A DNA stretch of 63,581 nucleotides, counting the filler, from Bonamia ostreae (taxonomy: Eukaryota): NCBI GenBank assembly GCA_040357525.1. It is 47 parts of 47 records of this genome, joined end to end, with 100 filler letters (N's around TTAATTAATTAA, not from the genome) between each part and the next. Parts side by side here need not be neighbours in the genome. Positions count along the whole stretch, not along the records: positions 12,243 to 13,501 come from JBDODL010002211.1; positions 13,602 to 14,860 come from JBDODL010002212.1; positions 14,961 to 16,218 come from JBDODL010002213.1; positions 16,319 to 17,576 come from JBDODL010002214.1; positions 17,677 to 18,934 come from JBDODL010002215.1; positions 19,035 to 20,291 come from JBDODL010002216.1; positions 20,392 to 21,648 come from JBDODL010002217.1; positions 21,749 to 23,004 come from JBDODL010002218.1; 39 more parts are not named here. One strand, written 5' to 3'. The position numbers were made by a program, and so were the translations under genes. Below are positions 12,243 through 23,640 of the stretch, one piece after another; position 1 is the first letter of the stretch; each line of letters starts with the position of its first letter. Below the pieces are notes generated by a model that saw only the letters and a list, made by a program, of their open reading frames with translations, searched no databases and was not told where the DNA came from.

Positions 12243-13501
12243 GTTTTAATGTTGACATGCCTGTTGATGAGTTCTGCGATGTAGATGGTGATCCTTCCAT
12301 ATTGTCTGAGGGTTGATATGGTGACGGTAGTTTTATGACTGATGTCGAGATATGTGGAGTCGAGTTGGGGCGTCTAAATGAGGCACTGTCTAGAGTTCCG
12401 TCTGGTGTGATGGGTATGTCGTGTCTCTCGGCTCATGATAAGTTTGGTTTGAATAGTCGATTTGAATAGTCGGACAAGTAGTGCTGAACAGCGTGATATG
12501 GAGGTAGGATGGGCTTCGGTCTTATATTCAGTGGATGGCCAATTCTCGGATACAGATGGTGAGTCTAGGAATGAATATGCATTCAAGTGTTGTGTTTGCG
12601 AGACTGAATCCTTTCAGGCGGAGATCGATGTATGCGCTGAGGTTTGTGCTGCGGTTTGTGAGGGTATTCCATGCGAGAGTGAAAGCCTACAAGCCACAGT
12701 GGTAGTGCTAAAGAATATTGCCAAGGGACACATTCTAATCATTACAGGTGCTCCAACCACGATTGAAGCAATGACCTGTCATTTCAGAACTGTCCTCAAG
12801 GCACCTGACAAATCTACCATTGTGTTTTCGTCTGATTGAAGTTGTGTTGTGTATGGACCTTATGGAGATGACCCTGCGGATGCAAGGTTTGTGGGTTTGT
12901 CTGGTTCGCCTTGGTGGGATGGTAGTGTTCTTTCTCGGACTGAAAGGCTTCCTCCTGACAAATTTCTAAGCAATGAATGGAATTGGCTCACTGCTAATAG
13001 TTTTGTAAGTGTCCATCGGTCGCTGATCTTGAACCAGGAATAACTAAGGTTGAGTCATCGCGGTGGGTACAAAAGACAATTAGTGAGTTGGCATATGAGG
13101 AGTGTAATCTTCTCCACACTCGCAGGGCTCCAAAATGCGAGAGAGGATAACGGAGTCTACAATACCCCACCGTTAGTAAGCGTGATCTTTCCTTGTGGTG
13201 TTTCATCTGCTTACATGGAAGTTGTGATGTCCTATGGTGTCGTGTTCCATTTTCATTCTGTGTCTGTCCACGATGATACCTGTACCGTGACGTGTTCTTG
13301 TGACAAAGTTCGTAACCGTATGGACTTTTTGGACTGCTAAAGTGTGGTAATTTTTTAGAGCAAAGTTTATTATACTGTAGCTTACAATAGATACACAATC
13401 TCACAAATAAATCAATGAATTACACCTATGGTCTACAGTAGGATAAACTTTACTCAAAATGGGGGAGTGTAGTGATTCAATCGATTTCGGAGTCCTTTGA
13501 T
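12243..13501 (+). mobile_element. 3' end of a decayed LTR retrotransposon: disrupted ~360-codon ORF, polypurine tract and start of the 3' LTR
   Basis: AAAATGGGGGAG (13456-13467) immediately followed by TGTAGTGA (13468), the PPT/LTR-start signature. Three same-frame ORFs lie upstream. Confidence 0.6.
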
Positions 13502-13606
13502 NNNNNNNNNNNNNNNNNNNNNNNNNNNNNNNNNNNNNNNNNNNNTTAATTAATTAANNNNNNNNNNNNNNNNNNNNNNNNNNNNNNNNNNNNNNNNNNN
13601 NCAATA

Positions 13607-14419
13607 TCAATAAAGATACAAAAATATACACAACAATAACGATAACAATAAAACGCAGACCACGTTAGACAAATAAGTTTTATCCATCAAATGTAACCGC
13701 AAAACAGAAAAAATCTGTTTCGCTTCAACACTGTCACTCTTTAAATCTGTAATAGAAATGTTTGAAGATATCCAATACGAAGCCGCTATCCAGACTTCAT
13801 TTTCAGACATTATGTCGATGTGATCAAACGATATCAACTCGATGAAGAGCGGCATTGGCAAATCGCAGGCTCTCAGTTTATCCTCGATCCAGTTGTATTG
13901 ATTAAAAATTTTGTACTTTGAAGCCAGAACCGCTTGCACTCTTTTTACAGTGAAGGTTAGTCCTTGGCTTTCAAATGGATTCATTGATACCAATTTTGAC
14001 AAGAACTTTATTCCGTCGTTCTTTTCTAACAACGACAATATAAACGTCTTTGAAGAAACTGATAAAATTTGAAATTGATAAAAACAAGAATCCTTTTTAC
14101 GTGCAGCGACTGCAAGCGATGCTACACATTGCTCCAAACCAAGGTTGCTTTGAGAAGAGGCATTGAATATGTAATCAGATTTCTGTTGCAATTTCAGGTG
14201 ATGCCAAAACAACTCCATGTACTTCATCACCGCGTTTTTTCCTGCTACACAATCTTGCCATTTTTCAGATTTTCTTCTTTTTCGCTCATTCGCACTCGTT
14301 TGCTCTTCATAAGAACTTGTACTTGACAATTTTGTATCCCTTGATGAATAGTCTTCTTTAAAATTGGTTTCAACAAAATTTTTCTCGATTTTTTCTTTGG
14401 TCGAATCGTCCAATTTCAA
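13607..14419 (-). CDS. BACK-domain (BTB/kelch-associated) protein fragment
   Basis: DLPMPLFIELISFDHIDIMSENEVWIAASYWI...IFSVLRLHLMDKTYL matches the BACK consensus (L..L..LL.SD.L.V.SE..V..A...W...L...VR...M). Confidence 0.7.
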   Translation of the reverse strand: MKLDDSTKEKIEKNFVETNFKEDYSSRDTKLSSTSSYEEQTSANERKRRKSEKWQDCVAGKNAVMKYMELFWHHLKLQQKSDYIFNASSQSNLGLEQCVASLAVAARKKDSCFYQFQILSVSSKTFILSLLEKNDGIKFLSKLVSMNPFESQGLTFTVKRVQAVLASKYKIFNQYNWIEDKLRACDLPMPLFIELISFDHIDIMSENEVWIAASYWISSNISITDLKSDSVEAKQIFSVLRLHLMDKTYLSNVVCVLLLSLLLCIFLYLY

Positions 14420-15092
14420 ACTTTCTTTTCGTATAAAATTTTGTTTTTTGATGTGGCTGATTTTTGTCTCAAAATCTTCATTCAGAGTTTTGCAACAATC
14501 AGAACAAATGTCAGTGTAACAAGGATTGTTTTTATGGCTACAATTGTTGCTGTTGTCATCAGATTTGGACGAGGACGTTGATACAATGATTTCTTTTTTC
14601 TTTTTAGCTGTTTTTTCTTTAAATGTTTTCTTTTTGTGTTTTTAATATTTAAACCAATTTCTGGCGTGAAAGGAGTTTTTGCTTGTAGAGAGAAATCAAT
14701 TCTTTGATACGAATAAGATAATTGTTAGTTGCGAGATTGTCAGTTGTTGTCGCCAATCTTTCACAAAATTGGAAATTTTTCATTAATTCGGTTTTAACTA
14801 ATTGTTGTAAGTACAATTTTTATTGTAACAATTTTTATTTTTTGTTAATGTCTTTTTCGTNNNNNNNNNNNNNNNNNNNNNNNNNNNNNNNNNNNNNNNN
14901 NNNNTTAATTAATTAANNNNNNNNNNNNNNNNNNNNNNNNNNNNNNNNNNNNNNNNNNNNGAGCTTTTAATTTTATTAGTTTTGTTTAATCTCGTTTTGT
15001 TTACAAATTAAACGATTAAATTGTTTCAATGGCTATTTACAGATAGCTAAGATATCGACATTGACACATTTTTAATCAAATTTGCAAATAAA

Positions 15093-15407
15093 GGAAAAAG
15101 TGAAAAAGAAGACAAGGACGATAAACGGGAACGGATTCAATCCGGTTTGGCAACAAGAATTCAATTTCTCGATTCCTCTCAAAAACTCTGAAATCGCAAT
15201 GATTTTGTTCAGAGTTTACAGTGACAATTCTCTTAAAGGAAAAACGCTTTTAGCTTCGAACGCTTTTCCAGTCCGTTTACTCAAAAAAGGTTTTTTTTTG
15301 AAAACAAAATAGGTTACAGATTCATTCCGCTAAAAAATTCGTTCAATGAAATAATTAATCGATGTGGATTGTATTGCAAGATCAATTTTAGAAATAAAAA
15401 ACTTTAA
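15093..15407 (+). CDS. Phosphoinositide phospholipase C, C-terminal C2 domain (last exons); protist
   Basis: KKKTRTINGNGFNPVWQQEF.F...EIAMILFRVY...FPVRLLKKG|YRFIPLKN is typical of the PI-PLC C2 end. One short intron at ~15290-15312. Confidence 0.85.
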
Positions 15408-15438
15408 AATTTTTTATTTATAAAAGTTTGAAAACAAT

Positions 15439-16075
15439 TTAATCAATAACGATCAAATCGGTTTCTTTTGCAATTTTTTTCGTTTTCGACTGGGGAGATT
15501 TCGCTTTCAAAAAAGACGAAATTTCAACTTGTTTTTCCAATTTTGTTTTTTTGCGCATCGGACCAGTTTTGCCAGTTTCCGATTTTGTCTCAAACTTTCT
15601 CCGTTTTTTGTCACGGAAATTTTTGTTTTTGAGCAGAAAGTTTTTGCCGTTTGAGCTGAAAACGCATTCGGTTTGTCTTATTTGTTTTAGTTGATATTCT
15701 TTACACAAATCGGCGTCTTCAAGACTTTCTATCATTTTCTTTATTTTTTTGTTTTTTAGACCAAACAGATCGAACGATTGAAATGTTTTTTCTTTGTGGG
15801 ATTTTTCTATAAGAAATTTGTCAATTTTGGCCAAAAATGTTTTTTATTGTTTTGTGTAAAAAAATGTTTTTAAAAAACTTATCAAATCGAGATCGTTTTT
15901 CAAAGTTAAAGTTAATTTGGATAAAGACCAAGAAACATAAACTTTGGTCAAATTTTCAAGTTTAGTCACTTTGAAAACGGGACCGTTTTTCGTTTTTTTC
16001 TGTGGCAATTTCTTTTTAAGTTCTTCGCTTAAATTCTCGAATGACAATATTTCACATTTATATTTGGCTAAAGCT
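15439..16075 (-). CDS. FYR-domain (FYRN/FYRC) protein, C-terminal part; protist
   Basis: YKCEIL...GPVFKVT (FYRN/FYRC junction) and DLFGLKNKKIKKMIESLEDADLCKEY (FYRC consensus FGL....V...IE.L..A..C..Y). Confidence 0.75.
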
Positions 16076-16318
16076 TCAATTTAGTTATTTTTGAGATAAA
16101 TTTTTTGGTTTTTGATAATTTTTTTTTGTTTTTTGATAATTTTTTTTCATTAAATTTTTTGTCAAATTTCTTTTTTTTTTGCAATAAAACAAATTTTATT
16201 TTTTGTGATAAATTTTTTNNNNNNNNNNNNNNNNNNNNNNNNNNNNNNNNNNNNNNNNNNNNTTAATTAATTAANNNNNNNNNNNNNNNNNNNNNNNNNN
16301 NNNNNNNNNNNNNNNNNN

Positions 16319-17576
16319 TGTTACGAGATAATATGCCGTACATAATGTTATATCTGATGCAATATTTCGTCAAGAGTGACACAATTCAGTGATTTAGTTC
16401 CAGCAGCGGACTAGGATTTACAAACAATTCCCACATCATTCCTAAGAGTGTTCTTGAATCTAGTACATCGACTCTTCGATCATTAGCCAAAACACCAATC
16501 AAGCCGATTCAGTGTAATTGCAAGCTTTTTATAGATTTTTGTATGGGACAAGGCTGGGGCTTGAGCTGACCTTATTATAATATTATCATTCTGTTGTTTA
16601 TTGCACACTGATCAATTTCGGATCTTAAGTAAGATACGGCAAAAGGCTTACATATAGCAGCAATTAGCTTTCAATGTAAAGTATGGGGGGGGGGGTTATC
16701 AAACAAAGCAATAAATTTTAAGGGCAAAATACAATCGATTCTCACTTTGCTCAATAAAATCAAATCGAAGTTGTCTTTCATGTTTGCTAATTCCCAAAAA
16801 GTCGACTTATCTAGCTCTTTTTCCCCCTTGTCGTTCATGTATTGTTACGAGTGGGGGACCTACCTCTCTACTGAAAGCATACAGGTGGAACATTTGTTTA
16901 TTACTAACATGGCCTTTACTTTGTACATTGAATAACCAAAACTGACCATTTGGGTTGGAGAAATATTCTGCATTTCAGGCGATGTATCTTGCCCGGTTAC
17001 ATGTAACACCAGCGCACATTACTTGCAAACCCATCCAAATAGATCGGGTCCCCTATTTTGTCATTTTTCGGGTCACATCTTAACTCCTTATCAGTTTACT
17101 GCAGAGCTTGCCAAGTCGCTGAATCTCCTACTTATTGATAGCAAAAGCTTCATTTCACATTCCCTTTGAAGAGGAGCAGCCACCACGTTGTCCCAGCAAG
17201 GTCAATCAGCAGAGTATATTAGAGCGTTGAATCGTTAGCGTTCTAACGCTTATCAGTCGTATATTAAATAATCTACAACGTAAGCCTCTTTGAAATTTCG
17301 CTCTTCGTCATTGATATTTGTTCATTGTCATTGGATTAATCTTAGCTCTGTGTCGTCCATTTATTAACAAAAACAAAAACAAAGTTGTTTCAGACCCAAA
17401 CCACATTTGGATTGTTGGATCATCCATTATCAAGCGAATTTTATGTGCTGCGGCTCAGCGGATAGGTAGCCTGAACATTTCTCTCAGAAATACGCATACA
17501 AATGTACATGGTGATAGAGATATAAAGATATAGCAGCATGAAAGTGCACTACCTGGTTCCAAAGTTGAAGTACTTG
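16319..17576 (+). mobile_element. Degenerate DIRS/Ngaro element: tyrosine recombinase remnant plus start of an SGNH ORF
   Basis: YLQTHPNRSGPLFCHF...ISHSL*RGAATTLSQQG.SAEYIRAL.R*RSNAYQSYIK (YR HSxRxG...Y motif), then HIWIVGSSIIKR (SGNH block I-like). Confidence 0.75.
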
Positions 17577-17712
17577 NNNNNNNNNNNNNNNNNNNNNNNN
17601 NNNNNNNNNNNNNNNNNNNNTTAATTAATTAANNNNNNNNNNNNNNNNNNNNNNNNNNNNNNNNNNNNNNNNNNNNACTTTGATCAATTTATTAAAATTC
17701 GCGAAAATAAAA

Positions 17713-18908
17713 GGTTTTTAACACAGAAATGGGACAATGGGGAAAACTTTTATTAACGAACTTTAGATTAATCTTTTTGCCGATCAAAGCAGACGAAAAA
17801 ATAAGTAGATCATCTTTTAACACAAATTATTTTGATTTAAACCACCGCAAATTCAAAATATTCTCTGAATTCCCCATTTTCTCCATTTCCAAAATTTTGT
17901 GCAACAAAAACAACAACTCAACAAATTACGTCTTAACTCTCAAAGACTGTCGTTCCACCAAGTTTTTTTACTACAAACGGAAATTTTTTTCTGATTTGCC
18001 AAATTTTCTGAACGGACAATAAAAATTTTTAGATTTGTCATGAACGGAGACGAAAAAGAAATCGACAATTTCAACAACGAACTTTTCCGATACGCTTTTC
18101 CGGGCGAAGAATCCGCCACATTCGCCTTTTGCTACAAAGAAGCTTATTCGAAGATGAATGAAGGTTGGGATCTGTACAAAGAAGAAGAGGAATTTCGAAG
18201 AATGGGTTTATCTTCGGAATGGAGGGTGTCCAACGCAAACAAAAAATTTAGTCTTTGCGACACTTATCCGCAGATCATAATTGTGCCGGCAGAACTTAAC
18301 AGCAAAGAAATAATCACAATAGCGAAAAAACGGTCAAAAAACAGATTGCCCGTTTTGACGTATTTTTACGCTCCGACCGGATGCGCCATTATCCGTTCAA
18401 GCCAACCAGTTTGTAACTAAAATTTTATTTTTGGGGAATTTGAATTTGAGCAAATAATTTTAACAAAAGATTTTATTTTTTTGTTAAAATAAAGTCCAAC
18501 GGAATATTTGGACAATCGATGAGTTTATCGAAAAATTATCACATTCGATTTATTTTCGATGCTCGCCCGAGAATCAACGCAGTCGCGAACGTTGCTTCAG
18601 GGGGCGGGTTCGAAACATTAGGGGATCACAAAATCCGTTTCTGCGGAATTCCAAATATTCATGCGATGAGAGAGAGTCTCAACAAATTTTTGAATATCAA
18701 TCAAGTTCATTTTTAAATAACGAATCACAAAGAAAACAATCCAAAATTACGTTAGCAATGAATCTGAGCTGGATTGGGGCGACATTATAAAATCATCAAA
18801 TTGGCTAAGCCACATTTACTTATTGTTAGACTGTTCAAGGGATATAGCTGAGCTTATATCTAAAGGTGGAAAGAATAAAAATGTGCTTATTCATTGCAGT
18901 GACGGATG
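17713..18908 (+). CDS. Myotubularin-family phosphoinositide phosphatase, internal part, at least 3 introns; protist
   Basis: GRAM-like GKLLLTNFRLIF; GWDLY..EEEFRRMG...WRVS.AN..F.LCDTYP; RSKNRLPVL; RSSQP; DARPRINAVAN..GGGFE; IPNIHAMRES; catalytic VLIHCSDGW. Confidence 0.95.
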
Positions 18909-19150
18909 GTTAATATTACTAATTTTGTATTTTCNNNNNNNNNNNNNNNNNNNNNNNNNNNNNNNNNNNNNNNNNNNNTTAATTAATTAANNNNNNNNNN
19001 NNNNNNNNNNNNNNNNNNNNNNNNNNNNNNNNNNATCAAATTGCAAATTGCAAAACATAAAAAAATATTAAATCTCCAATAAAATCTCCATTAAACCCCA
19101 ATTTAAATAAACCGAACAAAAAATAATATCAAAGTCAAAACATCCAAAAA

Positions 19151-20125
19151 TCATTTTAAAATCAAAATAATCAGACAAACAGCTATCGCCACAATCAACC
19201 AAAAAATAATCATCGACGACTTTGATTTCAGCTGATTTCGTTTTGTCTAAAATTAGACTAAAAAACAATCTCCAATTCGTCGACTGCGCTTTGAATGTTA
19301 TCAACCGAATTTTCGATCGCAAAATCGATTCTGTCCAATTTTGAACGTTGGTCAATCACCAAACTTCCCAATTCTCCGAAAAGTCTCGATAAACTTTCAG
19401 TGCGCTTTGCAATTCGTTTTATATCTTTTTCGTCTCTTGTTTCATTTTCTCGTGTTTTCGTTAATTTTCTGTTAGCGAAGAGATCTTCTCCATCGTTCGA
19501 GTTCAAAATAAAATCGTCAAACTCGAACGAATTTTTGCTGCGCACTTGTTTGGATTCCTTCGTTTCGTCCGATTTTTGTGCGCTCATTTCTCTAAAGAAA
19601 TAGCGCTCTTGTTTTTGGAAAGCATTCGTCATTTTCCGGAGGATATTTGCGTTGAAGCGCATTGAATTGAGTCGAATCGTTTTTTCGTCCTGCAAATTTG
19701 TAAAAACAGAATTGTTTTTTGGTGCGCCATTTTCAAAAATGGAAATTTTTTTCACGTTGTTTTCGGCTTGTTCGAGATATTTTGAAATCGTCTGTGAGAG
19801 GTTTTCGATTTTGGCTTCCAGTTTCTTCTCCAATTTTGCGTCGAAAATTGGATTCAATCGTTCCGAATGATAATTTGACAGTTTTTTGACTATTTTGAAA
19901 TTTGGTTAGAATTTAACTTTCTGTTCGAATTTTTGAAAAAATGATTTTTAGCGAAGCTGAGATGACGATCCATGACGGGGATGGGTCGGAGACATTTCGC
20001 TTTTGTGTATCGTCGCCGTTCGTCTTCAAGAACGGCTCCACTTCCTCTAAATCTTTGTCGTGTCTTCTAGGCCGTCTCATTCTGTTCCTCAATTCTAAAA
20101 AATCTTTTGTCAGATTTTGGGCCAT
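19151..20125 (-). CDS. STX16: Syntaxin-16/Tlg2-like Qa-SNARE, apparently complete; protist
   Basis: N-peptide MAQNLTKDFLELRN; SNARE helix LFGELGSLVIDQRSKLDRIDFAIE. After a 20-nt intron (19247-19266) comes the tail anchor MIIFWLIVAIAVCLIILILK*. Confidence 0.8.
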
Positions 20126-20391
20126 ATGAACTTCCGATATAGTAAAAATTAGCATTGAGCTTTATCGATTGGCGTTTTGAACATTTGATTATAACAACAG
20201 GGCAGGTCATTGTTGTCTTATTTTGATATTGATTTCTTAAGACAAAAATTGCCTTTTCGATAAATAAAAATTTTAAAAATTTATTGTTCTANNNNNNNNN
20301 NNNNNNNNNNNNNNNNNNNNNNNNNNNNNNNNNNNTTAATTAATTAANNNNNNNNNNNNNNNNNNNNNNNNNNNNNNNNNNNNNNNNNNNN

Positions 20392-20740
20392 ACTGTTTTT
20401 AAATCGATTTTTCAAATTTTAAGTTTAAAAGACTGTTTTTAAATCGTTTTGTTTTGCAAATTTAATGTTAAAAACTGTTTTAAGTCGGTTTTTTTTTCAA
20501 TTTTATGTTTTAAAAACTGTTTTTAGAACGTTTTTACAAAATTCAATGTTAAAAAACTGTTTTTAAATCGATTTTTCAAATTTTAAGTTTAAAAGACTGT
20601 TTTTAAATCGATTTTTTTTTCAAATTTTAAGTTTTAAAGACTGTTTTTAAATCGTTTTTTTTGCAAATTTAATGTTAAAAACCGTTTTTAAATCGTTTTT
20701 TTTGCAAATTTAATGTTAAAGAACTGTTTTTAAACGATAT
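20392..20740. repeat. Tandem minisatellite, ~40-42 nt unit, ~8-9 copies, probably intronic
   Basis: Repeating ACTGTTTTTAAATCGTTTTTTTGCAAATTTAATGTTAAAA-like unit running to the contig end. Confidence 0.9.
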
Positions 20741-20759
20741 AATTAAATGTTTCTAAAAT

Positions 20760-21648
20760 AAACGTTTTTGAGATTATTTTGTGGAAAAGTGATGGCCAAA
20801 ATCCCTTCGATTCCTCCACAAAACAAATTCCCTTTTTGTTTATTTACAGCCAAAGAGTAAATTTCATGTTTCAAAGGACTAAAAACGTTTCTTTTCACCC
20901 ATAATTCTTCTCTCTGTAAAATTAAATTTTTATCCAAAATTCATTCCAAACAATTTTTAACATAAAATCTCTGTAAAATTAATTTTTTGCAATTTTTGCA
21001 AATTGGAGAAAACAGTTTTGAAGAACAAAGCAATTTTGGAATCTTCGCCCGTACTGTAAACCAAATTTTGGCCATTTTCTGTTAAAGCGGCCACAGCCAA
21101 AACAGCACCGGAATGTTCTTTGAAACTCGATAAAAGCGTTCCGGTCAAAATGTCCCAAAAAGATGTGTGGCCGACAGAATTTCCAGTGATTATTGTGTTC
21201 CTAAAAAATCGCAAATAAAAAATCACAAAATTTTGCAAAAAGTAAAAATGAAAACTCGATAACGCAAATGGAATTGATGTCATTTTTGTGATCGGAAACA
21301 TTAGTTGTCAATCTGCTGATGTTCCTTTTTGTCTCAAAATCCCAAACCGTCAAAATTCCATTTCCGTCGCCGGAAATTATCGAATTGGATTTTTTGTATT
21401 CCCAAAAAATTGACGTCAAACGAACTTTAATTTTGGCCCATTTTTCAAAAATCATTAATTTTATAAAAATCGATTTTGAAAAATTTTACCTTGAGAAATG
21501 ACGATTTTAGTCAAATAAGAAAGTTTTTCATCAATTTTGAAAATTCTCGCAGTGCCATCTTCGCAAGCACAAACAAACAACTTTTTGGAATAATTAATAT
21601 CCGCGTCAAAAATTTTGCCCGCGAAGGAATTTGTTGTTGTTTTCTTCA
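20760..21648 (-). CDS. UTP4: WD40 protein, UTP4/cirhin-like, internal exons; protist
   Basis: TIITGNSVGHTSFWDILTGTLLSSFKEHSGAVLAVAA...VYSTGEDSKIALF...W...KHEIYSLAV...LFCGGIEG parallels UTP4 repeats. Confidence 0.7.
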
Positions 21649-23399
21649 NNNNNNNNNNNNNNNNNNNNNNNNNNNNNNNNNNNNNNNNNNNNTTAATTAA
21701 TTAANNNNNNNNNNNNNNNNNNNNNNNNNNNNNNNNNNNNNNNNNNNNTCTACCTACATGTATGCTATGATTTATTCATTTAAAGAGAGTTTTTGGAAGA
21801 AAAAACCTCTCAACACTACATATTGTAAATGTGTTATCGTGTGCGAATATTTAACTAAGAACTATATTGATATTGGCATACACTATTCTGAGTTAAATAA
21901 GTATCACATTTTTTACGCCACTTAACAGGGATTTATAATTTTGCCAAATTAAGTACTCACAAAACAGATGAAATCTACAATATTTAGACTCACTACAATA
22001 GTTGTTTTTATAAAGTGTTTACTTTTTGTAAAACATACGTCAAGACCTGCAGGTTGATATCAATCCTATGGTGATATATCTCATCATCTTTGTATTTTGT
22101 ACTTCTCTGATTAGCATTTAATTTTCTTACATTGGACTTGTAAAGAAAATAACTGATAATACAAACAGTGGTGATTGGTCAATGACTCGTGCAATACGAA
22201 GGAAGATGTGTGTGTACCCAGAAACGAACCATGCCATGTTTAAATCCTCAATTGTGAGGTAATGATATGTTCTTGCTATACAATACGCTTCCATAACAAC
22301 ACTGCAAAATATAGTTGTCTGTCTTAAATTGACTAAACATCCCCGACAAATCTTTGAAAAACTGCATTTATATTGTTAAACAACCTTTGACCCAGACTTT
22401 TAAATGTTGCTCATACTCAAATTTCATAATCCCAAATCAATCAACACAAAGGTGTATTTTTCGTCAGAAGATGTATCATGATGTTTAGAAACGATAAGAA
22501 CATAAAAAACGGAAGGTATTATATCTGTAGCGGACTTTAACTTTTCTAAACTGGATTTGACCTTTCTGTAGCAGACTTACTGACTTCTAAGACGACTTTA
22601 CCTAACGTTACTGAAGTTGGCTTTCATGTCCTTTTCAGTAGAGGACTTTGTAGAAGACTCTAACCGACCTTTTAGAATTGGCCGTTGACTCGACTTTTCT
22701 GCATATAGACTTTGACTAACTTTTTCTCTAGCAGACGTTGACATTTTCTTTAGTGGACTTTGACTTACTTTTCTGTATTGGACTTTCACTAACCTTTCTG
22801 TAGCGGTCCTCGGGCGGCAGGCTATTTATTACAGCATTGTGCCACTGCTCTTCCATTGGAGAATCACTGAGCACATGAGCCATATTCCTGAGGTACATTT
22901 CATGGAAGCTTTTCAATAATAAATGCAGCCATTTTTCTTTGTTTTGAAAAGTCTTAAATAAATTCATTCTGAGAGTAAATAGTTTTCACAGTCCCAAGGT
23001 AGTTNNNNNNNNNNNNNNNNNNNNNNNNNNNNNNNNNNNNNNNNNNNNTTAATTAATTAANNNNNNNNNNNNNNNNNNNNNNNNNNNNNNNNNNNNNNNN
23101 NNNNCTCTGATCCAGAAGCAGTACCTCGAAAGTCATGATATTTACAGTTGTGGCAGATGCCTTTCTGATCCACATAACTGCACTTAGGTGTTGTAGTTTT
23201 AAATATTCAAAGAAGAGTTTTAAATATCATAACCAATATATAACCAAATCGGCTCCTTTTGCAGTCAGAACTCCTATTCAGAGATTCGTCAACTTCGAAT
23301 GTTTGGTAGAGGGTTGCCCACCCTACATTACCATAGATTAATTTTTCTTACAAAAGTAAAGTTGTAAAGTTACATTTACTTTTCCTTACACATGTGTGG

Positions 23400-23640
23400 T
23401 TGTAGAGAAAACAATCTTGGAAAATTGATCATTTTTTTTTATAGAATTAGCCCCTACGGCCCCTGTGGTTCGAGAATCCCTAAATTTACAATTAGTTCCG
23501 TTTGTCCAAGAGACGCCGCACACCAATAATAGAAAAAAGGATCACTACTTTTCTGCAATTTAAAAATTTGCAATCATTAACGCACGACAGACGTTGATCA
23601 AAAGCAATGGATCATTTGAGCGACTCAGATGACCTAAGAT
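23400..23640. repeat. Degenerate copy of a bivalve-type interspersed repeat (Helentron/HINE-like end)
   Basis: Ends in an imperfect palindrome GATCATTTGAGCGACTCAGATGACCTAA resembling the GGTCACCTGAGTGACTCAGGTGACCT terminus recalled from oyster repeats. Recollection only. Confidence 0.4.

Noticed and set aside
22500-22967. Minus-strand ORF pieces with a repeated S/K-rich motif
   Set aside because: Multiple stops and shifts and no recognisable domain; cannot distinguish pseudogene from degenerate repeat.
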